From Podarcis cretensis (taxonomy: Eukaryota): a DNA stretch of 64,000 bases. Of this stretch, positions 1 to 13,011 are shown piece by piece. Positions within the stretch are counted from its first letter, which is position 1; each line of letters begins with the position of its first letter. The stretch covers positions 27,342,001 to 27,406,000 of the forward strand of contig OX638160.1 of assembly GCA_951804945.1 (NCBI GenBank), read 5' to 3'. Below the pieces are notes generated by a model. The model did not search any database, was not told the origin of the DNA, and worked only from the letters and a program-made list of their open reading frames with translations. The position numbers and the translations under genes were made by a program.

Positions 1-707
1 TGTAATCTGTATACTATCCTCTTTTTATTACTGGGCATTTTAAAAATACTGTAACAACAAAGCTAGCCTTCTTTAGGCTAAATACATATCTGATCAGGTG
101 GTATTTCACCCACAAGAAAGCATGAGGGAAATTACAGGGAAATGTTAAAACATTGTGACCTTTTCTTGTTATGAAACAAAGGGGGGAAATATTAGGCTAA
201 AATAATTCTAGACTAACTTAGGCTGATGGATGAATATAGGCACAGTGACCAGGAAGTGGGGGGGGGGTGATTCCCCACCCCCACCCTAATGCTGGCCTGG
301 GAAGAGAACCACAATGATTACATTATTTTTAAAAGGGCCTTTACCTTTTACAGGTCAGAAAACGTTCCATCTTGCCCAGTATTATCTACTCCAACTGGGC
401 CATGAGTCTTCAGGGGATCAGACCAAGGCATTTCCCATCATTTGCCATCTGATTTTTGTAAACGGTGATGCCAGCAAACTGAACTCAATACCTTCTGCAT
501 GCCAGGCACATGCTTTCCCTACCATGGAGCTGCAGGTCCTAATGTGGTTTCTCTTTTGTCAAGTCTTAAGATCACTGTGGGGCTGGTTTTAATGGATAGG
601 AGAGGAAATATTAATTGCAATTTATCCCTCCAGGCACCCACGTGTGTGGGTTGGACAGTTTCAAAATCCCATCCTTGGCAGCAAAAATAAAAGCTTAGAA
701 AATAGGC

Positions 708-1166
708 TGTAACACATTGTTTGGAGCAAGTCCAGCTACAAAGTCAGATAGTTTCCCCCTTCTTACCCCACTCAATAAAGAATCAGGTAACAACTTGTAA
801 AGTAAAGATTTACTTTTTTTATAATCATGCTCTGGTCCACAAACAAAAGCAGCCGTAAAAACTATGCAGGCAAAATATTTACAGTATAACCAGCTTCAAG
901 CTGGTGCTTAAAGCTACAGCTTGGAGGCATGTTTGCATCTAACAGATAGAGGAACAGGAAGTACAGATAGAGGAACAGGAAGTACTATATGCTCCTTCCT
1001 CTCCAAGAGAGGAAGAGAAATGACATCACACAGAGCCCTCTCTACAAATTGTATTTCTATGGTCTGAATATCTGCCTATCAGCAATACCGCTCCATGGAC
1101 TTAGCCCCCTCTCATGCTAACTAGCAAAAATATGCATTTGTTAGGTCTGACTGCTGATCTCCTACA
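708..1166. mobile_element. Probable solo LTR (ERV-like)
   Basis: Block of about 460 bp bounded by TGT...ACA with an internal 21-bp tandem duplication. Shares GAGCAAGTC and CTATGGTC words with the similar block at 47472-47888. No clean TSD found. Confidence 0.4.
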
Positions 1167-1386
1167 GTCACAACAGTTGATTTTCCACATTTTTGTGTAA
1201 ATTCATTGCTCTAACACTGCACCTCTCACAGGAATAGATTGCTTGAGAGAGCAATATTTTTTAAACAAGTAAGCCAGCAGCTGAGCATTTTAATCAACTC
1301 TCATCCTTGTTCATATGTTCAGCACTGAAATAGCAACAAACAGAAGTGCACCATTAGGATGAATTAGCCTGCTAGCCACTATAAGT

Positions 1387-1655
1387 AGGGCCTTCTCAGT
1401 AGTGGCTCCTATCTTATGGAATTCCAAAAGATATATGGCTGGCTCCAGATTTTTCATGAAGTTTCATGTGTTTCCCTAGCCTTTATTTTACCCCCCCCCC
1501 TTTACTTCTGCTGAAGTTTTATGGCACTTTAAAATGTATAGTTTTTAATTTTACTGATTGCTTTGTTGTGTTTGGCCTATTGCTTTGTATTATGTTTTTG
1601 CACATGTTGTAAACTGCCCTGATATAATTTTAATGCAGGGTGGCATGCAAATATT

Positions 1656-1687
<32 letters not shown>

Positions 1688-1690
1688 ATA
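1387..1690 (+). mobile_element. Degenerate L2 LINE 3' end with (TAAA)n tail
   Basis: AGGGCCTTCTCAGTAGTGGCTCC (RAFSVVAP motif, as in the L2 at 29.26 kb), followed by a T-rich 3' UTR and (TAAA)n at 1657-1690. Confidence 0.6.
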
Positions 1691-1939
1691 CCAGATAGTT
1701 TGCAATGAGAATAGGGTTCTCCATTTGAGCATCCGTTTGTGCAGAAGCCCAGTTTGCAGAATTCTACAACAGGACAAGCCAGGTCTCCATGGTACAACCA
1801 TCATGTTGTATCAGCACAGACCTCAGCTGAACTTACAAACCGGAGCCTAGTTTCACTAAAATGCCCTGTGTTGCTGTGTTTCATTCAAACTGGGGTGATT
1901 GGTGCTGAGAATCTATAAGCATGAACTCAACAGTCTTCG

Positions 1940-2043
1940 TAAGAACAAAACACAAGAAGAGCTCTGCTGGGTGAGCCCAATGACCCATCTAGTCCAGTAT
2001 CCTTTTCCCCACAATGGCCAACCAGATGCCTGTAGGAAGCCCT
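1940..2043 (-). mobile_element. CR1 LINE 3' terminal fragment
   Basis: AAGAAC..AAGAAGAGC..CTGCTGG..CCCATCTAGTCCAG..GGCCAACCAGATGCC is the reverse complement of the squamate CR1 3' end. Same motif at 6613 and 32880. Confidence 0.65.
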
Positions 2044-2390
2044 GTATATAAATATTGTACAAACACTGATATAGTTGACAACCACTTTTAAAATTCAAAG
2101 ATACGAGGGTATAAATCAGCAGTCTGTTCTCTCCTAACACAATAATTCCACATCTCTCTCTGTTCCATAATCAATTTGGAAGAAACTAGTGTAGCTGCAG
2201 ACACTCTTGTGGGTGAAGATTCACCTTCTTCCTTTGCAAAAATGCAAAGACAGAACTCAGTCATTAATGAGTAGAGTGCTGAAACCTTCACGGTGCCTAA
2301 AGAGAATAGGAATAAGCTGACACCCTATCGGCTGATCATGTTGAAAGGGGTATAATCACGGGTGTATTTCTCTAAAGTTAATATAAAACT

Positions 2391-2408
2391 TGCCAGCAGA
2401 TGGCGCAT
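2391..2408 (+). promoter_or_regulatory. CTCF consensus motif
   Basis: TGCCAGCAGATGGCGCAT matches the CTCF core CCASYAGRKGGCRS and lies in non-repeat sequence with its CpG retained. Confidence 0.6.
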
Positions 2409-2918
2409 AAGAATATGTCACACCCTTCAATGGATCTTGAAGGGCCAATAAAGTTAGCGGTTGTTTCACATTGCAGATGACTTGTCACAGGCAGGTTTTT
2501 CACATCCGAGCATAACTAGTGTGATTAACTATTTGCAAAGCAGGTGTGTGTCTTTGGGCATATGAGAACAAGAGGAATGCCAGTAGGTGGAGAATCAAAT
2601 CATTAGGAACAGAACTGGTGTAAAATGATAGCAATAGCGCAAAAGATAATGGGAAGCCTTTTGAGACTGCGCTGCCTGGATATCATCCCAAAATTGTGGC
2701 CTTTCTGGACCAGTCTGAAAGAGACATAAGAGAATCAGGTTTCAACAACTCCGCCTATCAGTTTTATATGATGTCTATGGATGTGATGGTTAAGTTCCTT
2801 CTTATTTGCAGCTCTTCAGCTGGAACGAGAATTTGATGACTTCAGACCCCTCCAAGTGTCCCTACTTTCCAGGGACAGTCCTGGATTTACAGAAGCCATC
2901 CTGGTTTCTGATTTGATC

Positions 2919-2966
2919 CAAGAAGAAGAAGAAGAAGAAGAAGAAGAAGAAGAAGAAGAAGAAGAA
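2919..2966 (+). repeat. (GAA)n microsatellite forming the tail of the adjacent L2
   Basis: About 15 perfect GAA units directly abutting a minus-strand L2 3' end. Confidence 0.95.
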
Positions 2967-3177
2967 TTTATACCCCGCCCATCTGGCTGGATTTCCCCAG
3001 CCACTCTAGGCAGCTTCCAAAAAATGATTAAAATACAATAGTCCATCAAACATTAAAAGCTTCCCTAAACAGGGCTGCCTTCAGATGTCTTCTAAAAGTC
3101 TGGTAGTTGTTTTTCTCTTTGACATCTGGTGGGAGGGTGTTCCACAGGGCGGGTGCCACTACTGAGAAGGCCCTCTG
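2967..3177 (-). mobile_element. L2 LINE 3' fragment
   Basis: Reverse complement closely matches 29257-29465 (CAGAGGGCCTTCTC..AAAAGACATCTGAAGGCAGCCCTGTT..GCCAGATGGG). Confidence 0.85.
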
Positions 3178-6100
3178 TTTTTCCTTATATGGATTGGGTA
3201 GTATAGAAATTTGGGAAATGAATAAATGGGATTTGATAGGCTTTGAATCCCGACAGGTGAAATTCTATTCATATACAATGCAATCAAAATGCATAATTAA
3301 AACTTTTAATAATTAAAACTTTTTTAAAAAAAAAAATCAAGACATCACCAAGGTAAAACAAAATATACTCCACAGGATTCTATTACCACTGTTCATTAAA
3401 GCAGCGTAAGCATTAATATTTTCCTACAGGGTTGGAGGCTGTATTTCTTCACAGTCAGTCACAATAAGTAAAAAGAACATAATAATGCAGCCACTTCTGC
3501 TGGTGGTGCATTCAGGGACATTGTAATACATTTCTCAAGGGCATGCATAAAAAGTTCTCCAAGGAAGAATACATATATTCACTTTATATGTTACAAGTGT
3601 ATCTCAGGAACAGCCTAGTCTTGAGCATAAGTAGTTTAGGACTAATTAATCAAACAAACAAACAAACAAACACATAGCACTTATAGAACCTGTCACTGGA
3701 TAATAAGTGCCAACAGTGCAGGGTGAGGGCTAAAAATATGTAAATTAATCCATAATTCTGTACAGTAGTGGGATTTTGTTGTTGTTTTTACCATGAACAT
3801 ATATAAGTGGAATCTAGATTTATCCTAGTTATCTGAATATTCAGCTAACAACTGCTTGAGAGCAGTCTATCGTTGACTTTCACTGTATAAAAGGGAAGAT
3901 TTTTTTTTCATCCTTCTGGACATATTTAGAATGGAGTGTTAAAAATATACTGTGCTACAATCTTCCTTTGGGAAAAATGATTACCAGGCAGAGCTAAATA
4001 AATATTTTACATCCAAATTTTTTTTAAAAAAGAGGGTGTTTATATGTATTCTTATTTTTTGTGAAAGGGCTTTTTTTTGCTTAAATGTACAAGAATAGAA
4101 TATTAAACTGAATTCTATTCTTTGCTATGGATCATACTTTCATGTGACCACTGACACTTTAGATCGGGGTGGGAAACCCTTTATAGCCTGATAGCTGCAT
4201 TCCATTTTAGGCATTATCTGATGGTAACTGGCCCACAGTGGGTGGAACCAGGGGCAAAAAGTGAGCAGAACAATGAAATAATTGGATTTTTTTTGTTTTG
4301 TTTTCACATTTGTACAACAGGCTAGTTTCTGCACACACTCACACATCCCTCTCTATTCTCCATTCACACAAGCAAGAGGCATTATTGAAATTGAAGGATA
4401 CATCCCATTAAGGTATCACATAGTTCTCTTTGCAGTTCAAAGTGTATCACAATTGGCTCCAAGGTGCTTTGAAGTACATTGTGTATGTGTTGTTTTAACA
4501 GAGAGCAGCTGGAACCCTTGTTTTATTTAATTCTGCTATAAGGCATATAGTAGTGAAAGGGAGAACCTTGAAAGGTGTCTGTCATAGAAATAGGGGATTC
4601 TGGGCATCCATTCAGGATTGGGGTCAACAACGTTTTGGGGCTAATGGGCATGTTTGGAATTTAGAAAAGGTGCCATGGGTGCCAATCATAAAATGGCAGC
4701 CGTGGAAGGCATGTCATAATGTGAGGTGTGGCATAACACAAAATGGTCGACACATCTAAAAGAGCAGAAGAAGACACAGAACCACAATATGAAGTGGACG
4801 CACCTCACCATTAATGGGAGTGGGGGGAGACCAAATCAGCCACTTGCTCACAGAACGGAAGGATGGAGGGGGACCTATTCCTGGCATCCTGTGAAATGTG
4901 GGAATGTTTAAAGAAGAAGCTCAATGGAGGGAGGAAGAGTCAGTCCAAAGAGAAATAGTCTCTCGGGTACTGTGAATTTTTCAGGGGTTATTACTCTGAT
5001 CTTTTGTAGTCACCATAGAACATAATGATGGTCAGTTTAGCACCCAGGAATGCTGTGTTGGTAACCCCTAACTAGTATAACTTACGATGAAACTGGCTTT
5101 CTGCCTAGGTATCTGTAATTAGAATAGTGTAATCTGTTATTCCTAGACTTGTTATGAACACCTCACTCATAAACACATTAACATGAAATTAAATCCCAGT
5201 GATTTAGTCAGAACTTATATGCATTTAAGCTTTAGCCTACTATTTGAATACAGATAACAGTCCAGCCTTTGGGCTTTTCAAGCACCCTTTTATTTGAAGA
5301 TGTCAGAAATCTTTATGAACATTAATTACATCTCTCCAGGTAGGGAACTAATATATAGTCAGAAAACTGAAAAGTGGAGGGGGCCTGAGGATACACAGGA
5401 AGTCCTGAGTTTGCAAGAGCAAGGTGTGCTTTTCTTGTCTTATTTACCTAACAGCAGGGCCATATTTTCAGGTTGCGCTTGATCACAAGTACAAGGCACA
5501 GGAGCTTGAACTGCATAGAGGAGGGAGGATCTGGACGAGACGCCTGACAGCCCTTGCTCAGGCTCACAATAATGAACTCAGTATCTTCTCCCTGCAGTTG
5601 TAGCTGGAGGACTGGGATCAGCAGACTGAGTTCAAATTGCATTAAAAAACCTTTTAGGGGGAAAAATATTTAGCCTCCTGGCCAGAAGACCTTTCCCTTC
5701 ATCCTTTTCATGGGTTTTCTGTCTTGGATCAACTCTCCTAAGCTATTTCTGTCTTGACTTGACTTTGAAAGCTGTCACTCAGGGTCTGATCATTCTCATT
5801 AATACCTGAGAGCAAACTCTCCTTTTCTGTAACTAGGTTTTTACACACAGCAAGAAGAAGTCCCCAGATCAAGCAAAGACAGGTAGCTGGTGAGGGGTGT
5901 GTGTGAAGGAATAAAGTATTTTATCCAAAACTCCAGTTTGTTGTTGTTTTAAATCTTTCTGAGCATCACACAATTCATAAATAAATGAGAATACTTAAGC
6001 AGGAGATGGGCATCAGCTTGCCCCACATGAGCCTTGGCACAGTAACATTTTAAAATATGAAGTTTCAGTCACTGAGTCTTTAGTTAAGCCTGTGCTTTAA

Positions 6101-6299
6101 GTGCAGCCTTCTAATGAGCTTCTGATATGACAGCCGTCTAAAATTATTTTTAGTATAAGCTGCATAAAACTCAGACCCACTTCTGGGTTTATATTTCAGG
6201 CTAGTGGTTTGGAAATGTGTGTAGTACAATGGAGTGGCCTGAAAAAGGACAAAGATACTTTATAACGTAAAAGACAAGCACCAGAAATATGAAAGCGAT

Positions 6300-6565
6300 G
6301 AAGAGACTTGCGGCACCTTCAAGTCTAACACATTTATGGTGGTATATAAGGCTGAGGATAATTCTGAAAGCCACAACCCTTCTCTCTTTTTTTAGGGTTG
6401 TCCACTTTGACTCTTTTGCCTTGCCCATTTTCACATTCAGCCCCCAGAGGGTTTGCAATGAGGTAATATGGTCTTCAGACCATTCCTGATAGACGAGCTT
6501 TTGTAGACTAGTCTACCTAAGCTTACGTGGTAACAGGTTTGTTAGTCATTAAGGTGCTACAAGAT
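6300..6565. mobile_element. Degenerate Penelope terminal (pLTR-like) relics in inverted orientation
   Basis: GCGGCACCTTCAAGTCTAAC (about 6310) and GTTAGTCATTAAGGTGCTAC (about 6541) are approximately inverted and resemble GTAGCACCTTAAAGACCAAC at the Penelope terminus near 53740. The palindrome GTAGACTAGTCTAC resembles a hammerhead stem II. Confidence 0.45.
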
Positions 6566-6612
6566 ATGGCTTCTCCTCTGGAAATTGTTGAAAGAATTAC
6601 CGGATGCCTGTG

Positions 6613-6768
6613 TAAGAACATAGAGAAGATCTCTCCTGGATCAGGTCCATGGCCCATCTAGTCCAGCATCCCATCTCACAGTGGCCAACCAGATGTCTAT
6701 GGGAAGTATGCAAGCAAGACAGAAACACAACAGTACTTTCCCCACTTGTGATTCCCAGCAACTGGCAC
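6613..6768 (-). mobile_element. CR1 LINE 3' terminal fragment
   Basis: TAAGAACATAG..CTGGATCAGG..GGCCCATCTAGTCCAGCATCC..CAGTGGCCAACCAGATG. Confidence 0.7.
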
Positions 6769-6877
6769 ATTTTTGGAAAGCGGAACAGTGTATGCTGCTC
6801 AGAATGCGCAGAGCTAATTTATTAAATGTTCCAAAATCCAAGCAAATTTTGGCTGAGATTTCAAGACGCTAAGAGAG

Positions 6878-6967
6878 CATAGCTGTCAACGTTTCCCCTT
6901 TTTTAAGGGAAATTCCCTTATTACGAATAGGATTCCTCGCAAGAAAAGGGAAAAGTTGACAGCTATG
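6878..6967. mobile_element. 90-bp hAT MITE
   Basis: TIR CATAGCTGTCAAC / GTTGACAGCTATG; perfect 8-bp TSD TAAGAGAG (6870-6877, 6968-6975). Confidence 0.9.
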
Positions 6968-7051
6968 TAAGAGAGGAGATTGTTTTGGAATCCTTGCCCG
7001 GTACCCCCAGTTTTTGGCAATATTTTCTGTACAGATATGCTCCTAGATGTA

Positions 7052-7317
7052 CCGTATTAGCCTGAATATAAGCCTCACCCCCCCCCCCATTCTAACCATG
7101 AAAACTTAAAGTGCAGCTTAAATTTGTGACCTTACAAAAAATGGCTTTTACGATATCGCTGCTGAAACAGACATACTGTAAAACAGAACAGGCGTGAGTG
7201 CCTGTGGAGTTTTAAGGGAGCGGCTTATATTCGGGTATTGTCTTTTTTTCTCCCCCCCCCCTGAATTTTAAAGGTGCGGCTTATATTCGGGTGTGGCTTA
7301 TATTCGGGCCAATATGG
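7052..7317. mobile_element. TcMar-Tc2 (MER104/Kanga-like) MITE
   Basis: TA|CCGTATTAGCCTGAATATAAGCC ... GGCTTATATTCGGGCCAATATGG|TA; TA TSD; repeated subterminal GGCTTATATTCGGG. Confidence 0.85.
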
Positions 7318-7767
7318 TACATGGAAAATTTAATCCAGTCCCCTTAGGACTTTTGTCACATTTCATGTGTCATGTACTAGTATGTTGTTATTCTCATTTC
7401 ACAAGGCCATGAATCTGTGGCCATGGTTAGATTGAAACATAAGCTAAGAAATAAGTCCCTTAGTTAGGTGTTTTCCCTTGCCAACCACGTTCCCTCATCC
7501 CTACCACCTATGTCCCATCAGCCCCTGTGCATTCAGGATGATCCTCTGCAGTGGGGAGCTGGCTCTCCTAACAGTTTCCCTGAGCAATTAGTGATGATTA
7601 GGAGGGATTCTACATTGCAGGGGGAGTGTCCATGAGGACAGCTGACTCTCTGCTGCAGGCATTCCGCCCCAACATATGAAGGATGGTGAGAACACAATGG
7701 AGGGAGAAGGGCAGGCAAGTGCCCCCCCCCTCTTCTCTCCCCTCATGCCGGAACAGGGCTAGAAATT

Positions 7768-8062
7768 GGAAGGCCAATAAGCTCAATTTTTGAGCATCTG
7801 GCTTGCATGCAGAAGGTCCCAAGTTCAATCCCCAGCATCGCCAGGTAGAGCTGGGAGAAATCCTGCTTGAAACCCTGGAGTGCTGCTGTCAGTCAGTGTA
7901 GACCAGGGTTTCCCAAACTTGGTTCTCCAGCTGTTTTTGGACTACAGTTCCCATCATCCCTGCTGGCAAGATGTAGTCCAGAAACAGCTGGAGACCCAAG
8001 TTTGGGAAACCCTGGTGTAGACAATACTGACCTAGATGGGTCAATGGTCTGACTCATGTTCC
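7768..8062 (+). mobile_element. Squam3-type tRNA-derived SINE interrupted by a hAT MITE
   Basis: Degenerate A box, GCATGCAGAAGGTCCCAAGTTCAATCCCC (B box), GAAACCCTGGAG..CAGTCAGTGTAGACAATACTGA..TAGATGG..GGTCTGACTC. Confidence 0.8.
7904..8014. mobile_element. hAT-Charlie-type palindromic MITE
   Basis: TIR CAGGGTTTCCCAAACTTGG / CCAAGTTTGGGAAACCCTG; perfect TSD GTGTAGAC; same family as 43861-43981. Confidence 0.92.
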
Positions 8063-9043
8063 CAGTGCTGTCAGAGTCCACCCTTCAAGAGCCATCTGGT
8101 GATCAGCTTGGTGGGGAATAATGGAACCATTAGCTCAGCTTTCTGAATTGTATGTATTAAATGGACAAGCCTTCCTGTTTGGCCACACAGGTGCCTCTCA
8201 TTTATTGTCCTCTTGTCAAGAAGGTATGAATTGTTTCTTCCATCCTCCTTTTTCTTTCTGAGGATAATAAAAAGATCTGCTGCCACCTGTCTCATGCCCA
8301 CCCTTGGCAGGTCTGACGTTGATAGGTTTTGCAGAGAAGGAACTTAGGTTTATTTGCTTTTTGAGAAGCTCAGTTGCTTCTCTCCACCCCAGGCTTGCAC
8401 ATATTTCACTAGCTGGTGAGAGCCTGCATGCTGCTGGCTTAAAGTCAGGGCTTTAAAGAATCTCATAAAAATTTGAAATACCTATCTTTATTCAGTCTTC
8501 TCAGGAAATCTCAGCAAAGCCCTTTGTAACTGAAAATGTATTATAGCTTTTAAAAGGCACTGTGGGTAACAATTTCACATTATTATTTTTTTCCCAAGAT
8601 ACTCAGAAAATCACCTTATGATGCCAGTTTCAGACGAAAGGAATCTGGGCGATTGCATGGGAGCGTAATTCAAGCCTGACCCTTAATTCCTTAGCAGTTC
8701 AGTGCATACTTTAGTGGTAGCGTAATGCCAAAGCTCATTTGTTAAAATGACATCCAGTGGAAGCACTTTTATAACAAGTGGGCTAAAAGTCTGATGTTAT
8801 TGAGACTGTCTGAACTAGAGACAAAGCCATCAGGAATAACGCCTCCAAAGCCCAAGCATAGGAAGTCTCTGCAATTCAGTGGATATATATGATTTAACAC
8901 CTAAGCGAAAGTAACTGTAGTTGCTCATGTTCATCCTTTGTCTTCCTCATTCCTTTCTACTCACTGATGCTTGTTACTCTTGCCTTGTCTTTCACTCCTC
9001 TCAGCTGTTGGGTTATATTTATTTATTCAATATCTATCTATCA

Positions 9044-9179
9044 CAGGCATAGGCAAACTCGGCCCTCCAGATGTTTTGGGACTACAGCTCCCATCATCCC
9101 TGACCACTGGTTCTGTTAGCTATGGATGATGGGTGTTGTAGTCCCAAAACATCTGGAGGGCCAAGTTTCCCTATGCCTG
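9044..9179. mobile_element. hAT-Charlie (MER5/URR1-like) palindromic MITE
   Basis: TIR CAGGCATAGGCAAACT / AGTTTCCCTATGCCTG; perfect TSD ATCTATCA; internal GGACTACA..CCCATCATCCC. Confidence 0.92.
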
Positions 9180-12100
9180 ATCTATCATCTATCTACCTAT
9201 AATCTCAACCCTCCTCATCATTTAGGGTGGCTAACAGTGATTAAGACCATCTATAAAATTCAATAGCATTCCAACAACAATATAATAAAAACAGGGACAA
9301 GTGCAAACGCCTGCCTAAATGGGAAGCTTTTTTTTTCCCATATAGCCAAACTGCATAAGCAAGGTGTCCAACCAAGTCTTCTGGAGCAAAGAATTTTAGG
9401 TGTGGGTACAGAGAAGGCCCTTCTCTTCTTTCCATCAACTGAGCCTAACCATTGTCAATGGGACACATAATTAAAAAAATATATATTTAATTATTTAAAC
9501 AATTTCTATCCCACCTTTCCTGACTGTGCACAAGATGGTTAATAATAAAACAAGAGATCATAAAATATAAAACCATAAACAAGAGGCCAGAGAGACAGAG
9601 ACAGAGAGGGGCAAAAGAAAGAGAATGCTTGCGGGGATGTAATAATCTTCACAAAAAGCAGTCGGGGAAGGGGCAAAGCGCAACTCTCTCTGCAAGCTTT
9701 TCTACATTCTAGGTGCCACAACTGAGAAGGCTTTCTCTCTTCCGCTTGGGTGTCTAACTTCAGATGACAAGGAAATGCAGATGATGCTTCCTAATGGAAG
9801 ACAGTCCTTGATCAAACCCTGATGTATTGCACTAAGCTGTGATAACAGAATTATGGCTGATGGCAAAGATGGTGTCTGTCTCATGTAGATGATCCCTGCA
9901 TGTACCATGGTATATGTACATAGCATTTTGCATATGCATAGTACATGGAATCATAAAAGAGAAGAAAAGTGATAAAGCAATACTGCTAAACAATCCACTT
10001 TGCACTGGAATCTAATCAACATAAACTCTTGGTTGAGCCTAGAGCAGTTCTACACTCCATTAATTACAATCATGAATTATTCTTATTCCAAAATGCTGTT
10101 CTCCTTGGATTTCCAGTGCTTCCACTTGTCCTCTGATCATGAGTCGTTTGCAACTGGACATTACTACATCCTGACAGTCCTGCAGACATACTTAGATATA
10201 AGCTGCCAAAGAACATCTCACAGCATTAATGTAATGGCACGTGAATTTGCTTGACTTGATCTTACATAATCCATTAAAATCTTCACAAATAGCATGGGCT
10301 GAATCAGACTTGCTAATAGAAATAGAGTCCTTGCTCTTGTTTCCTAGATAAATTGACTACTAATATAAACGCAGCAAGATGAGCACTCAGACCCTTTCGT
10401 GAACGCCTTGCGATTGTGAAAGTGGCACGTATCATTGAGCAATGGTGTGAATTATATATAATCCAATTGAAAGTGCTGCTTGCTTCTAAACTTTGCCTTG
10501 TAATCCTGCTCAGACTGTGACTTCTTATATTTCTTGAGGATGAAGGACCGAGGGCTGTAGTGGGTGGATAGGAAATAGGTTTACGGAAGGGAGCAAGCTA
10601 ATAGGTCATGAGCGTCAACATAAATTAAATGCTTTAGCAAGGTTTATTGTCATTAAGGTTCATGATTTTCATTAGAAAAAGATGTTCACTCAAACACATC
10701 TAAACTTCTGGAAACTTCAAATCACATAAGTGGGTCATGATTTTGCAGCGCGGGTTTCTCTCTGCTTGTTTCATTGATTCTAGGGCATAGTTATATAACG
10801 TTTTCCAGACCACACTGTTTATACATTGATAAGAGGGAAAGGGACATAATTAATAGCTTCAGAGTTCCCTCCCTCTATTTTTAATTTGAGGGAAAGGGGT
10901 TGGGAGAAACATCCTTGCCTTGCCTTGAGGTGAGAAGGCCGTGTCCTATATTTAAATGAAATCAGCCAGCTGGCAATTCATTGAACACTGACTGAGGAAG
11001 AAGAGTGTATTGAATTTTTTTATTAAAAAAAAAAAAAAACCTAACTGGAGGACATAGAAAGATGAAAGGTGAAATGCACCAGGAACAGTTAAATGAAAAT
11101 GTTGAGTGTGTGTGCAGCTGCTGTGAAAAAAGGTGAATTTCATGTTGGTGATCATTACCCTTTGACAGCGAAGGTATTTTGTTCCGTTTTCTCAGTGTTT
11201 GAAAATTCATCTAAGGGTCAAAATTAGTTCAGATGGGGAATTAGGTAGTATCTGACTGGCTCCCAGGCAAATAGGACCAGCAAAGTATGTTATGTATTTG
11301 CTGGTTGTCATTTAAACTGTTAAGAAACCTGCACTGGCTTGGAGCCATAATTTTAGAGTCCCCCCTATTCAGAAATATCACAGGCAGTTTAGCAGACCTG
11401 CTTGCAAGGGAGTCTATCACTGAAGATTTGCTTAGATTCAACACTATCCAGGGACAGTACATTATCTATTAAGCTACATCCACTCTGGATCAAACTTTTG
11501 TCTGACACAGGCAGCCAGCCTTTGCAAGTTCTTGGTTTTTTAAAGCTACCTGCAAAAGCCCCTTCCCCCTCAACAGTGTCCCTTCTTTGGGTGGTGATGT
11601 TGTGCTAATGTTGTGGTAATCTTCTGAATTCAGCTGAAATATATGTGGATGCATAGTTTCTCCTTAGTGTTCCTGCTCCTGCTGTCACTCTAGCCCTAGC
11701 CCTAGCTATCAGGAAGCAGTCCCATTTATATAAGGAAACTGCATTGCAAAATGTGGAGGAATAACAACTTTTAGAGGTTCTTGCATTGTTTTGGAAAGGG
11801 TGAAATAGGTAGGTTTGTCTTTTAATGCAAACTACATCAAATCCCTCCCCCATCCCTAGTCTGAAGGCATCTGATCTGAGGCATTGTGTTGAAGCTAAGA
11901 AAGTTTGGGTTTAGTCAAGTCTTGGACAATGGACTGTCTGGGAATCCCATCTATGCTGCCTTTGGTTGTGTGTGGGAGGAAAGGCTGGATATATATGTAC
12001 TGAAAACCAAACTTGGGAGAAAGGTGGGATATAAATATATTAAAATAAAAATACTCTTTGTTAACCACTTTAAGCTTTCTTAAAAAACAAGCAGAGTGTA

Positions 12101-12205
12101 CATTTTATGAAATAAATATAAAATAAAATAAATAACAGTAAAATGAATTTGTTTTAGTATCCCACCTTGAGCTCCCTTGTGAGGAAGGGCAGGATGTAAA
12201 TTTAA

Positions 12206-12206
<1 letters not shown>

Positions 12207-12236
<30 letters not shown>

Positions 12237-12245
12237 ATAAATAAA
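12207..12245 (+). repeat. (AACT)n/(AAAT)n microsatellite at an L2-type tail
   Basis: Direct inspection. Confidence 0.85.
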
Positions 12246-13011
12246 TCCATCAATTTCAGTCAAACATGCTCTCAAGTATATTTGCTCCAGATGACAGCCT
12301 TGCAGGGAAATATTATTTATTTTATTTAGTCAAAAACATTCCTGTGCCTTAGCAGCGATTGTGGGGGAAGGGAAGAAGGGAGTTAAATGTTTATCAAATG
12401 GCTACAGCTCATGTTTGTAGTGTCAGTGTGTACTTTATTGAAGTAGCTGCATTGAATATTCCTTGGTAAGATTGCTTGAGACAAATGCTACAATAAAATA
12501 AAATATACACCAGGGACCAAGTGATGGTTATGCACCAACCATTAAATGGTACAGAATATTTTCAATTTTTGCTATATTTTTGCAATTTTTGCTTAGTCAA
12601 TAATACCATTATTTATTTATTTTTAAAAATCTAGATTGTTTTAGTTTGGTGAAAGCTTCACTTAAAACCTTCATTTACCTATCTCAGTGCATCATTTAAT
12701 CCCCCCCCCCCAACATGCTGACATTTGCAGTGTCAACAAGGGAAAATATTGCTGGGGATGGCAATGTGTCTGTGGTATAGACAGATGTGGTTTTAAAGTT
12801 CAGTGACATTATGTTGAGAATTTCACACAAACCAACAGGACACTTTTCTAGCTTATTTTGCATTTGTGTAATATCATTGACCTTGGCTACTTTGATAATC
12901 TGCAGGGTGCTTCTCTGCTCATAGGAAGGGAAAAAACTGTGATGTTGAGGATGCAACTAGTAGCTCTGTTTCTGTCTTCCTAATCCCCACTTACCACAAC
13001 TTCCTTTACTA

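Noticed and set aside
2816-3049. Poly-Ser and poly-Glu ORFs
   Set aside because: Translations of the (GAA)n microsatellite and L2 tail.
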